Below, one piece after another: positions 41,201-51,459 of a DNA stretch of 64,000 nt (its first letter is position 1; every line of letters begins with the position of its first letter). Origin of the DNA: an uncultured Clostridia bacterium (GTDB lineage: Bacteria > Bacillota > Clostridia > TANB77 > CAG-508); NCBI GenBank assembly GCA_947632605.1, contig CANRPX010000001.1:198416-262415 (forward strand). Direction: 5' to 3'. Both the position numbers and the translations under genes were made by a program. The notes below the pieces were generated by a model. The model did no database searches and was not told the DNA's origin. It saw only the letters and a program-made list of their open reading frames with translations.

Positions 41201-41819
41201 AAATTTTGGTGTAAAAAATATAGAAACAGATTTTGTAGTTCAATTAAATAATGATACAGAATTATTAACACCAGATTGGCTTGAAAAAATGATAGGCTTT
41301 TGCCAAAGAGATGATGTTGGTGCTTGTGGAGCAAAACTTTATTATCCAGATGATACAATTCAACATGCTGGAATAATTATTGGTTGCCGTACAGTTGCAG
41401 CACATGTATTTAGAGGATTACCAAAGGATAAGCAAGGATATTTTGGTAGAGAAAATCTAATTCAAAATATGAATGCAGTAACAGCAGCTTGTATGATGGT
41501 TAAAAAATCAACATTTGAAGAAGTTGGATATATGAATGAAGATTTTGCAGTTGCATTTAATGATATAGATTTTTGTTTGAAGATTAGAAATACTGGAAAA
41601 TTAATAGTTTATAATCCATTTGTTGAATTTTGGCATTATGAGTCTAAAACTAGAGGAAATGATAATGCACCAGACAAAATAGAAAGATTTCAAAAAGAAA
41701 TTAACTTGTTTTTAGAAACTTGGAAAGAGAAATTAGCTTCTGGTGATGAATATTATAATAAAAATTTGAGTTTAGATTCAGATCAATATGATATAAAAAT
41801 TAATGATAAAAACGTATGA
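38235..41819 (+). CDS. 1194-aa multidomain protein: N-terminal methyltransferase-like domain, long coiled coil, then two tandem GT2 domains
   Basis: Residues about 20-200 have a class I MTase-like layout, but motif I lacks glycines (VLEIENSEE). A heptad-rich segment sits at about 430-530. GT2-1 has SIVVPLYNT...DHDD. GT2-2 has VSILIPNKD...QLNNDTE...QHAGII. Confidence 0.7.
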   Translation: MKDILSQFEKNIISWYPIERNKKVLEIENSEEIVNELKNKTSEIKSISLEQICDANENNFDYVVLIGTFEKLNSEEEILNLLDFSKKSLKKDGKILLAMQNKFGMKYWTGESINNEKPYLSIVSDKENILGLTKIKNILNNLNLKFKIYYSLPDYKLTNVIFTDDFMPDNESIDARDLSFVDKENVLNFSERDAYKQILKDDKNMFPFFANSFFIEIANNDNFEDVKFVSFGITRKKEYRIKTIIKNDYVYKYANDNDLNHIQNILKNINILKQNNIEVLGEFKNNGIESVFLKQAKSLDKVLMEIYFKDGLEKTIKIIEEFRENILNKLLNEKPDGKDIFEKYEIKLPVKLKEKMHFTKNGILDLIFQNCLIKDNILYAYDQEWYEENVPIEFILYRAIIYFTELRNNENIDKIFELLNLNEYVEYFEILENKIQEKLVDQDMWKLHVETIREIGNTREILDNYKKRLSSANTHIQNLENNVEEYKKGIDDLTKLVQDKDVQLVDYANQLRAISNSLSWKITKPVRIFTWMFNPFNGATFIDRIMPPGGRRRIEYDKKQTEKKYAKKVENYFKLSDDETAEYWKGIDHRKYLKYEKDLKRAEEDEEYSDYEKWIKENTPSDQEIEKQEKTRFRKRPKISIVVPLYNTDTEFFRELLYTVHSQTYKKWELCLADGSEEPLEEIKSMVEKDKRIKYKFLGENKGIAENTNRAIEMATGDFISLLDHDDMLDISALYEVVKVINENKNVDFIYTDEDKFHFIDEPYFAPHFKPDFAPDTLRANNYICHFSVFKKELLKEIGGFNSDYNGAQDFDIILRMSEKAKKIVHIPKVLYHWRIHKGSTSMTQEAKPYAIDAGKRAIEAHLERIGLKGQVSEGINSGTYKIDYEVIGNPKVSILIPNKDEEETLKTCINSILNKTTYSNYEIIIIENNSKTDEIFDYYKELLKSNKIKILNYNTGKFIENEKECSKKYSEENEREDLNHEFNYSSIINFGVKNIETDFVVQLNNDTELLTPDWLEKMIGFCQRDDVGACGAKLYYPDDTIQHAGIIIGCRTVAAHVFRGLPKDKQGYFGRENLIQNMNAVTAACMMVKKSTFEEVGYMNEDFAVAFNDIDFCLKIRNTGKLIVYNPFVEFWHYESKTRGNDNAPDKIERFQKEINLFLETWKEKLASGDEYYNKNLSLDSDQYDIKINDKNV

Positions 41820-43780
41820 TTTTGAAAGGAAATATAATGAACATTATAAAACATAGAATTAATCAAATTAAATTTTATATTGGAAAATACGGTTTTATAA
41901 AAACAGTAAAAAAATGTATAAAGACTGTTTTAAGAAAAATTATTAGATTTTTAAAGGGAGAAAAAGATTTACAATATGGCGATTATGGTGGTTGGATAAA
42001 ATATAACGAACCAAAAGATGCTGATATAAAAAACCAAATGAAAAAGAAATTTTCTATTTCTCCTAAAATAAGTATAGTTGTACCAATGTATAACACAAAA
42101 GAAAAGTTTTTTAAAGGGTTAATAGATTCTGTAATTGCTCAATCTTATCCAAATTGGGAACTTTGTTTAGCAGATGGAAGTCCAAAACAAAATGAAAACT
42201 TTAAAAAATATTATGAAAAAGATGAAAGAATTAAATATAAATTTTTAGGGGAAAATAAAGGAATTTCTGGAAACACAAATGAAGCAATAAAAATGGCAAC
42301 AGGTGATTTTATAGCACTTTTAGATCATGATGATTTACTTGCAGAATATGCATTATATGAAGTTGTATATGCTATAAATAAATTTCCAAATTCAGAATTT
42401 TTATATTCTGATGAAGATAAAATTGATGAAAATGATAATAGATATGATGCTTATTTTAAACCAGATTTTGCACCAGATACTTTAAGATGTCAAAATTATA
42501 TTTGTCATTTTAGTATTTTTAAGAAAGAATTAATGCAAAAATTAGATGGATTTAAAGAAGATTATGATGGTGCCCAAGATTATGATATTTTCCTAAGAAT
42601 GTCTGAAATAACAAAACCAAAAAATATATTTCATATTCCAAAAATATTATATCATTGGAGAGTACATAGTGAATCTACTGCTAAATTAAATAGTCATGCT
42701 AAAAATTATGCTTTTGAAGCTGGAAAGAAAGTTATAGAAGACCACTTAAAAAGAATTGGACTAGAAGGAACTGTATCAAGTGGTTGTATTGAAGGAATTT
42801 ATAGAATTGATTATAAGGTACAAGGCGAACCAAAAGTATCTATTGTTATTCCTAATAAAGATGGAAAAGATATTTTAAAAGTCTGTATTGATTCAATATT
42901 AAAAAAATCTACTTATAAAAATTATGAAATAGTTGTTGTAGAAAATAATAGCGAAAACGAAGAAATATTTGAATATTATAAAGAACTATTAAAAATAGAA
43001 AATATAAAAATCGCAAATTACAATACAGGAAAATTAATTGAAAATGAAGAAGAATGTTCTTTAGAATATTCTAAGAAAAATGAAAGAAAAGATTTAAAAC
43101 ATGAATTTAATTATTCTGCAATTATAAATTTTGGAGTTAAGAACAGTGCAGGAGAATATACTGTTCAATTAAATAATGATACTGAACTGATAACTCCTAA
43201 TTGGCTTGAACTAATGCTTGGATTTTGTCAAAGAGAAGATGTGGGAGCTGTTGGAGTAAAACTTTATTTCCCTGATGAAACTATTCAGCATGCTGGTATA
43301 ATTGTAGGAATTGGAGGAATTGCAGGAAATAGATTTAAAAGTATTCCTAAAAGCGGACATGGATATTTTGCAAAAGAATCTATGATAGAAAATTTAAGTG
43401 CAGTAACTGCTGCATGTATTATGACACCAAGAAAAATTTATGATGAAGTAGGATTTATGGATGAAAAATTAGCAGTTGCATTTAATGATGTAGATTTTTG
43501 TTTGAAAATAAGAGAAAAAGGTTATTTAGTTGTTTATAATCCATTTGTCGAATTCTGGCATTATGAATCTAAATCTAGAGGACAAGAAAATACACCAGCT
43601 AAAATAAAAAGATTTCAAGGTGAAATATGTAGATTTGAGCAAAGATGGCCAGAAATTTTAGATTCTGGAGATCCATATTATAATATAAATTTAAGTTTAG
43701 ATACAGAAGTTTATAATATGAAAAATATAAAAGTTAATTATTATGGAGAAGAAGAAATAATTAAGAAAAAAAGAAAGTAA
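41816..43780 (+). CDS. dual-GT2-domain glycosyltransferase, paralog of the C-terminal two thirds of the upstream gene
   Basis: The same conserved blocks are present (ISIVVPMYNT, WELCLADGS, KYKFLGENKGI, YHWR, KVSIVIPNKD, VQLNNDTEL, QHAGIIVG, EFWHYESK). The start is possibly at ATG 41837. Confidence 0.75.
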   Translation: MILKGNIMNIIKHRINQIKFYIGKYGFIKTVKKCIKTVLRKIIRFLKGEKDLQYGDYGGWIKYNEPKDADIKNQMKKKFSISPKISIVVPMYNTKEKFFKGLIDSVIAQSYPNWELCLADGSPKQNENFKKYYEKDERIKYKFLGENKGISGNTNEAIKMATGDFIALLDHDDLLAEYALYEVVYAINKFPNSEFLYSDEDKIDENDNRYDAYFKPDFAPDTLRCQNYICHFSIFKKELMQKLDGFKEDYDGAQDYDIFLRMSEITKPKNIFHIPKILYHWRVHSESTAKLNSHAKNYAFEAGKKVIEDHLKRIGLEGTVSSGCIEGIYRIDYKVQGEPKVSIVIPNKDGKDILKVCIDSILKKSTYKNYEIVVVENNSENEEIFEYYKELLKIENIKIANYNTGKLIENEEECSLEYSKKNERKDLKHEFNYSAIINFGVKNSAGEYTVQLNNDTELITPNWLELMLGFCQREDVGAVGVKLYFPDETIQHAGIIVGIGGIAGNRFKSIPKSGHGYFAKESMIENLSAVTAACIMTPRKIYDEVGFMDEKLAVAFNDVDFCLKIREKGYLVVYNPFVEFWHYESKSRGQENTPAKIKRFQGEICRFEQRWPEILDSGDPYYNINLSLDTEVYNMKNIKVNYYGEEEIIKKKRK

Positions 43781-43786
43781 AATAAT

Positions 43787-45655
43787 ATGAAAAATAATTT
43801 AAAAAAAGTTAAATATTATTTGAGAAGATATGGATTAATTAATACTTTGAAAAAGATTTTTAAAAAAATATTTCATATTTCAGAAAATAATATGTCAAAC
43901 CAAGAACAATATGAAATTTGGATGAAAAATAATTTACCAATAGAAAATGATTATGAGTTTCAAAAAAATAAAAAATTTGAAATTAGTCCTAAAGTTAGTG
44001 TTGTAGTTCCAATGTATAATACTAACGAAAAATTTTTAGAAGAGCTTGTAAATTCTTTAAAAGAACAAACTTATTCTAATTGGGAATTAATTTTAGCAGA
44101 TGGAAGTAATGAAGAAAACAATAATATAAAAAGTTTTTTTGAAAATGAATCTAGAATAAATTATAAATTTTTAGGAGAAAACAAAGGAATTTCTGGTAAT
44201 ACAAATGAAGGAATAAAATTAGCAACAGGAGATTTTATAGGATTTTTAGATCATGATGACTTATTATCTAAAGATGCTTTATATGAAGTAGTAAAATCTA
44301 TAAATGAAAATAAAGATGCAGATTTTATTTATACAGATGAAGATAAAGTAGATAATAATGGAAACTTTTTTGAACCATATTTTAAACCAGATTATTCACC
44401 AGAAACTCTAGAATGTAATAACTATATAACACATTTTGTTGTTGTAAAAAAAGAATTAATTGATAAAGTAGGAACATTAAGAGATGAGTTTAATGGTGCA
44501 CAGGATTTTGATTTTGTACTTAGAGCTACAAAAAACGCAAAAAAAGTAATACATATTTCAAAAATTTTATATCATTGGAGAGTAAGTAAATCTTCAACAG
44601 CTTATGTAGCTGATAGCAAACCTTATGCTTATGAAGCAGGATTGAATGTTATAAAAGAATATTTAAAAGAAAATAATAAAAAAGCAGAAGTTGAGTTTGG
44701 ACAAGATGTTCCTGGAATTTATAAAATAAAATATGATATTATCGAAAATCCTAAAGTTTCTATTTTGATACCAAACAAAGACAATATAAATTTATTAAAG
44801 ACATGTATTACATCAATTCTAAAACTTACAACATATAAAAATTATGAAATAATTATTATAGAAAATAATAGCGAAAAAGAAGAAACTTTTAAGTATTATA
44901 CTGAATTAATAAAAACAAATAAAATAAAGATTTTAAATTACAATAAAAATACAATTCTAGATAGTAATAGTGAAAGAGAAGTAAAAATTAAAAGTAATTT
45001 TGAAAATGATAATGAATTTAATTATTCTAAATTAATAAATTTTGGAGTAAAAAATTGTGATGGAGAATATATTCTTCAGCTAAATAATGATACAAAACTA
45101 TTATCAAAAGATTGGTTAGAATTTTTAGTAGGATATGCTCAAAATAAAGAAATTGGAGCTTGTGGTGCAAGACTTTATTTTGAAGATAAAACAATTCAGC
45201 ATGCTGGTATAATAGTTGGAATTTCTGGAATTGCTGGAAATGCACTTGTTAATCTACCTTATGGAAAACATGCTTATTTTGGAAGAGAATCAGCAACTAG
45301 AAATGTTTCTGCAGTTACTGGTGCATGCTTATTATGTAGAAGAGAACTTTATGAAGAAGTTGGCTTTATGGATGAAGAAAAATTTAAGGTTGCATTTAAT
45401 GATGTGGATTTTTGTTTAAAACTAATGGAAAAAGGTTATAGAAATTTATATATTCCTTATGTTGAATTATTTCATTATGAATCTAAAACAAGAGGTTATG
45501 AATATTCTAAAAATCAAGAAAAAAGATTTAATTTAGAATGTGAAAATTTTAAAGAAAAATGGAAAGACTTTTTGAAAAAAGGTGATCCATATTATAATAA
45601 AAACTTTACTAGAAGTACATGTAATTATGATATAGAAATAAAAGAAATGTTATAA
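43787..45655 (+). CDS. dual-GT2-domain glycosyltransferase, third tandem paralog
   Basis: Shares the same blocks (VSVVVPMYNT, WELILADGS, YKFLGENKGI, YHWR, KVSILIPNKD, LQLNNDTKL, QHAGIIVG). Confidence 0.75.
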   Translation: MKNNLKKVKYYLRRYGLINTLKKIFKKIFHISENNMSNQEQYEIWMKNNLPIENDYEFQKNKKFEISPKVSVVVPMYNTNEKFLEELVNSLKEQTYSNWELILADGSNEENNNIKSFFENESRINYKFLGENKGISGNTNEGIKLATGDFIGFLDHDDLLSKDALYEVVKSINENKDADFIYTDEDKVDNNGNFFEPYFKPDYSPETLECNNYITHFVVVKKELIDKVGTLRDEFNGAQDFDFVLRATKNAKKVIHISKILYHWRVSKSSTAYVADSKPYAYEAGLNVIKEYLKENNKKAEVEFGQDVPGIYKIKYDIIENPKVSILIPNKDNINLLKTCITSILKLTTYKNYEIIIIENNSEKEETFKYYTELIKTNKIKILNYNKNTILDSNSEREVKIKSNFENDNEFNYSKLINFGVKNCDGEYILQLNNDTKLLSKDWLEFLVGYAQNKEIGACGARLYFEDKTIQHAGIIVGISGIAGNALVNLPYGKHAYFGRESATRNVSAVTGACLLCRRELYEEVGFMDEEKFKVAFNDVDFCLKLMEKGYRNLYIPYVELFHYESKTRGYEYSKNQEKRFNLECENFKEKWKDFLKKGDPYYNKNFTRSTCNYDIEIKEML

Positions 45656-45700
45656 ATATAAAATTACTGTATTAATAAAAAAGACAAATAGAAGGGTAAA

Positions 45701-46217
45701 ATGATGGAAGAAAATAAAAATTTGACTTTAAGATTGTTTGAAATTTTAGAAAATTTTGGTTTATGGATATTAGAAAAAATCCATTTAAAATTTTTAGCAG
45801 AATTTTATAGAAAACATATTGAAGGTATGAGATATTTAATATGTGGAGCATTATCAACAGTAGTAAATATTATTTCTTATGTTTTAGGAAGTTATTTAAT
45901 TTTTAGACGGAATATCAGATGAAACTTTAAGAGTAAATATAAGTGAAATTTTTGCATTTATACTAGCATTGATTTTTGCATATTGGGTTAATAAAACAAT
46001 TGTATTTAATAGTAAATGTAAAAATATAAAAGATTTATTTAAAGAAATTGTTTCATTTACTTCTTGTAGAATTTTTACAGAAATAATAAGCATTGGACTT
46101 ATGAATTTAGCAGTAATTATAAGAATGAATGATGTAATTATGAAAGTAATTGCAAACATTGTAGTAATTATTTTAAATTTTGTTTTAAGTAAATTAATAA
46201 TTTTTAAGAAAAAATAA
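45701..46217 (+). pseudogene. GtrA-family small membrane protein, split by a +1 frameshift in a T5 tract (45900-45904)
   Basis: ORF 45701-45922 encodes the first GtrA helix pair. The frame-0 reading from 45900 continues ...LDGISDETLRVNISEIFAFILALIFAYWVNKT... into ORF 45969-46217. Removing one T gives a contiguous GtrA-like protein of about 170 aa. Confidence 0.55.
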
Positions 46218-46320
46218 AATGTTGATTATAACTTAAAATATGAAAACTTAAAGTAAAATATTTGAAAAAAGGCAAATATATGTTATAATAAACACGGAAA
46301 ATTTGGAATTTTGAAAGGAA

Positions 46321-47268
46321 TTGAAGAAAATGGACAAGATAGCAGTTTTAATACCTTGTTATAATGAAGCAAAAACTATAAAAAAAGTTGTGGAAGATTT
46401 TAAAAGAGAATTACCAGATGCTATAATTTATGTTTATGATAATAACTCAAAAGATGGAACAGATAAAATTGCAAGAGAAGCGGGAGCAGTTGTTAGATAT
46501 GAAACAAGACAAGGAAAAGGAAACGTAATTAGAACTATGTTTAGAGAAATCGATGCAGAAGTTTATATTATGGTAGATGGAGATGACACTTATCCTGCTG
46601 AAAGTGCTAAAGAAATGGTTAAAGCTGTTTTAGAAGAAAATGTTGATATGGTAATTGGAGATAGACTTTCTTCAACATATTTTAAAGAAAATAAAAGACC
46701 ATTTCATAATATAGGAAATGTAACTGTTAGAGCATTAATTAACAGAATATATAAAAGCAATATAAGAGATGTTATGACAGGATTAAGAGCTTTTAGTTAT
46801 AGATTTGTAAAAACTTTTCCAGTTATGTCAAAAGGTTTTGAATTAGAAACAGAAATGACAATACACTGTTTAGATAAAAATATGAAAACAAAAAATATAA
46901 TAGTAGAATATAGAGATAGACCTGTTGATAGTCCATCAAAACTAAATACAATTCCAGATGGAATTAAAGTTATAAAAACAATATTTGGATTTTATAAAAA
47001 TTATAAACCAATGGCATTTTTTACATTACTTGCATTTTTGCTATCAGTGGTAGGATTTGTTTTCTTTGTTCCAGTGTTTATAGACTTTTTACATAGAGGT
47101 GTTGTAAAAATACCAACTTTAGTAGTTTCAGTATTATTTTTCTTATGTGCAGTTCAATCATTCTTTTCTGGAATGATTTTAGATAATATAATTAAAAATT
47201 CAAAACAAACATTTGAAATGAGATTAATAGATTGTGAAAGAGAATTAAATAGCAGAAAGGAAAAATAA
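46321..47268 (+). CDS. polyprenyl-phosphate sugar synthase-type GT2 (DPM1/ArnC/GtrB-like) with C-terminal TM helices
   Basis: IAVLIPCYNE...YVYDNNSKDGT...VDGDDTYP and two C-terminal TM helices. Confidence 0.75.
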   Translation: MKKMDKIAVLIPCYNEAKTIKKVVEDFKRELPDAIIYVYDNNSKDGTDKIAREAGAVVRYETRQGKGNVIRTMFREIDAEVYIMVDGDDTYPAESAKEMVKAVLEENVDMVIGDRLSSTYFKENKRPFHNIGNVTVRALINRIYKSNIRDVMTGLRAFSYRFVKTFPVMSKGFELETEMTIHCLDKNMKTKNIIVEYRDRPVDSPSKLNTIPDGIKVIKTIFGFYKNYKPMAFFTLLAFLLSVVGFVFFVPVFIDFLHRGVVKIPTLVVSVLFFLCAVQSFFSGMILDNIIKNSKQTFEMRLIDCERELNSRKEK

Positions 47269-47269
47269 T

Positions 47270-48310
<1,041 letters not shown>

Positions 48311-48325
48311 AAAAGGATTTATAAA

Positions 48326-50551
48326 ATGAAAGAAAAAATTAAAAAATTCTGTAAAATTTTTGCATATAAAATAAAATCAATTTATGAAAAAATAGTAAAA
48401 AAAGCTATATTTTTTATAAATAAAGAAAACTTTACAAAAACAAAATTAATATTAGTAGCTTTTATTTCTGTATTAGTTGCTACTTTGTGTGAATATACAA
48501 TATTTAGAAAAACACATCCTGCTTTTATTTCTAAAAATAGAATTATGCTTGTTTCTATTATATTTATGTTCATTGGAATACATTTTGTTTTCAAACTTTC
48601 AAAAATGTATGAATTTATTCATAAACATAGGTACAAAATTGCTTGTGCCTTTTTGTTGTTTGTAATGATTTTTAAATATTCAGGATCATCAATAATAAAT
48701 TTTCATGAATATACAGCAATACAACCTAATTTTGATGATACAAGATATCATACATTACTTGGAAAAGCAAGAACTATTAGAACAGATGAATGGGCTACAT
48801 CTACTACATATATATTATCTCAAGATAAAGCAGAAAAGCCATTTGAATATTTTTCAAATGTTTTAAGAGGAACTGAAACAGATATGTTTACAGTTGCTAA
48901 TTCACCAGTAAAAGATATTTTAATGCTTGGTAGACCTTTTCAAATTGGATTTATGCTATTTGGAAATGATGTAGGAATGAGTTTTTATTGGAACATAAGA
49001 TTAGTTGCAATGCTACTTGGATCTTATGAGTTATGCTTAATACTTACAAAAAGAAATAAAAAAGTATCTTTATGTGGAATGATTGTAATTACTTTCTCAG
49101 CAGCAGTGCAATGGTGGTACTGTATGGATACACTTCTTTGGGGACAAATTGTTATAGTTCTTATAGATAAATTTATGAACACAGATAAGAAAAGGATTAA
49201 ATACTTATGTGCTTTAGGAATATTAGTTTCAGGATTATCCTACATATTTGTATTTTATCCTGCTTGGCAAGTTTCATTTGGATATGTATTTTTAGCACTA
49301 GTTATTTTTCTATTATTTAAGAATATTAAATATGGAAAATATAGATTTACAAAACACGATGTTTTAGTAATATTTATAACAATAATCTGTTTAGGATTAT
49401 TACTTCTAAGATGGTATAATTTATCAGGAAATACTTTAGCTGCTGAAATGAATACAGATTATCCTGGAGAAAGGAATGAAGTAGGAGGAGGAGCATTAAA
49501 TTTATATTCATACTTTTATGATATTTTCTTCCCATTCGAAGATTTTGTAAGTCCTTGTGAATATTCAAGTATGCTTTCATTATATCCAATTCCATTAATT
49601 CTAGGATTAATATATGTAATTAGAAATAAAAAAGATTTACATTTTTGGATACCAATGTTAATTACTGGAATGTTTTTAACAGTTTGGTGTGTATGGGGAT
49701 TTCCAGAAATATTAGCTAAAATTACTAAAATGTCTATGTCATCAGCTGGAAGAGCTTCTATACCACTTGGAACATTATGTATTTATTTATTAATATATTT
49801 AATTGGAAATCTAAAAAAAGAAGATAAATTATTAAATAGAAAATTAACTTATGTTTTATCAATATTAGGAGTTACATACATAATTTATAGAGCTAGAAAG
49901 ACATTAAATATAGTTCCAGATTTTGGATATTATTTAGATAAATTTAAACTTTTATTAGGCGGAGAAATATTCTTAGTATTAATTTTTGGAATATTAAATG
50001 TAAATAATGAAAAGATAAAAAATTATACTATATATGGCTTAATAGCTGTTGCATTTATGAGCGGTTTAAATGTAAATCCAGTTATTAGAACAACAGATAT
50101 TTTTTATACAAAGCCTGTTGCAATAAAAATGCAAGAAATAAGAAAAGAAGATCCAGAAGCTATTTGGATTGTAAATGAAGATAATGGCGGATGGTATATA
50201 AATGATTATGCTTTAGCAAATGGAATACGTACTTTAAATTCAACACAACTTTATCCTAATATGGAATTATTTCAAAATCTTTTAGGAGATAAAGCTGAAG
50301 AATACAGAAAAATATACAACAGATATGCACATATAAATGTTGAAATTACAGATAAAAAAACAGATGTAGAATTACTATTTTTAGACCATATTTCAATTAA
50401 ATTAAATTATAATGATTTATCAAAACTTAATGTAAAATATATTCTTTCAAAAGAAGAATTTAGTAAAGATGAATTCTTTGATAATTTTGAAGAAGTGTAC
50501 AATGAAGATGGTATGTGTATATATAAAGTAATGGAAGGTATTGAAAAATAA
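48326..50551 (+). CDS. large polytopic membrane protein (741 aa), GT-C-like extracytoplasmic glycosyltransferase/polymerase candidate
   Basis: About 14 TM helices and a C-terminal soluble domain of about 200 aa. It follows a polyprenyl-P sugar synthase and a GtrA-like gene. Confidence 0.45.
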   Translation: MKEKIKKFCKIFAYKIKSIYEKIVKKAIFFINKENFTKTKLILVAFISVLVATLCEYTIFRKTHPAFISKNRIMLVSIIFMFIGIHFVFKLSKMYEFIHKHRYKIACAFLLFVMIFKYSGSSIINFHEYTAIQPNFDDTRYHTLLGKARTIRTDEWATSTTYILSQDKAEKPFEYFSNVLRGTETDMFTVANSPVKDILMLGRPFQIGFMLFGNDVGMSFYWNIRLVAMLLGSYELCLILTKRNKKVSLCGMIVITFSAAVQWWYCMDTLLWGQIVIVLIDKFMNTDKKRIKYLCALGILVSGLSYIFVFYPAWQVSFGYVFLALVIFLLFKNIKYGKYRFTKHDVLVIFITIICLGLLLLRWYNLSGNTLAAEMNTDYPGERNEVGGGALNLYSYFYDIFFPFEDFVSPCEYSSMLSLYPIPLILGLIYVIRNKKDLHFWIPMLITGMFLTVWCVWGFPEILAKITKMSMSSAGRASIPLGTLCIYLLIYLIGNLKKEDKLLNRKLTYVLSILGVTYIIYRARKTLNIVPDFGYYLDKFKLLLGGEIFLVLIFGILNVNNEKIKNYTIYGLIAVAFMSGLNVNPVIRTTDIFYTKPVAIKMQEIRKEDPEAIWIVNEDNGGWYINDYALANGIRTLNSTQLYPNMELFQNLLGDKAEEYRKIYNRYAHINVEITDKKTDVELLFLDHISIKLNYNDLSKLNVKYILSKEEFSKDEFFDNFEEVYNEDGMCIYKVMEGIEK

Positions 50552-51459
50552 TGAATAATAGAAAAGTATCAGTTATAATGTCAACATATAATGGAGAGAG
50601 ATTTGTTGCTGAACAATTAAATTCTATTTTAAATCAAACATACTCAAATATAGAAATAATTGTCAGAGATGATGGCTCAAAAGATAATACTGTTAATATT
50701 ATAAAAGAATATCAAAAAAAATATAGTAATATTAAACTTTATGAAGGAGAAAATTTAGGATTTATTAAAAGTTTCTTTGAGCTTCTTAAACTAACAGAAT
50801 CTGATTATTATGCTTATGCAGATCAAGATGATGTATGGATTGAAAATAAAATAGAACTTGCAGTAAATTTACTTGATAATTTAGATGATTCTAAGCCTAA
50901 TATGGCATTTGGAAATTCTGATTATTATGATGAAAATATGAAGTTTATATCTAGCGGTCCAAAGAATAAAAAGTTTTCTTTCTTAACTGCATTATTTGCT
51001 TGTGTAACTCAGGGAATGACTATGACAGTAAATAAAAAAACAAGAGATATGATAATAGAAAATATGCCAAAGTCTTGTTTCTTTCATGACTGGTGGACAT
51101 ATCTTTTGTGTATTGGTATGGGAAATGTAGCATATACTAATGAAACTGTTGTAAAGTATAGAAGAAGAAAAGAAAATGCTACTTCAGAAGGACAAGGATA
51201 TTTAAGATTATTAATATGGAGAATAAAAAATCTTTTATTTAAAGATGGAATGAGAGATATTAAACAACAAATGATAAATTTTAAAGATTATTACTATTAT
51301 CAGTTATCTGATGAAAATAAGAAGATTTTAGATTTATTTTCAGAAGAAGATTATACTTTTTCTAATGCACTTAAGAAAGCCTTTTATAGAGCAAAAATTA
51401 GAACAAATATAATAGATGATTTGATGATTAGAATAATATTTTTAATAGGAGTTTTATAA
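50551..51459 (+). CDS. GT2 glycosyltransferase
   Basis: VSVIMSTYNGERFVAEQLNSILNQTY, RDDGSKDNT, DQDD. ATGA start/stop coupling with the upstream gene. Confidence 0.8.
   Translation: MNNRKVSVIMSTYNGERFVAEQLNSILNQTYSNIEIIVRDDGSKDNTVNIIKEYQKKYSNIKLYEGENLGFIKSFFELLKLTESDYYAYADQDDVWIENKIELAVNLLDNLDDSKPNMAFGNSDYYDENMKFISSGPKNKKFSFLTALFACVTQGMTMTVNKKTRDMIIENMPKSCFFHDWWTYLLCIGMGNVAYTNETVVKYRRRKENATSEGQGYLRLLIWRIKNLLFKDGMRDIKQQMINFKDYYYYQLSDENKKILDLFSEEDYTFSNALKKAFYRAKIRTNIIDDLMIRIIFLIGVL

Noticed and set aside
45216-45419. 67-aa + strand ORF inside the third double-GT2 gene
   Set aside because: An alternative frame within a well-supported CDS whose conserved GT2 motifs span the region.
38235-45655. 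Possibility that the three tandem GT genes are an assembly duplication artefact
   Set aside because: The copies are clearly diverged at the DNA and protein level (different residues between the shared blocks, different lengths) and the first has a unique N-terminal extension. They are true paralogs rather than a collapsed or expanded repeat.
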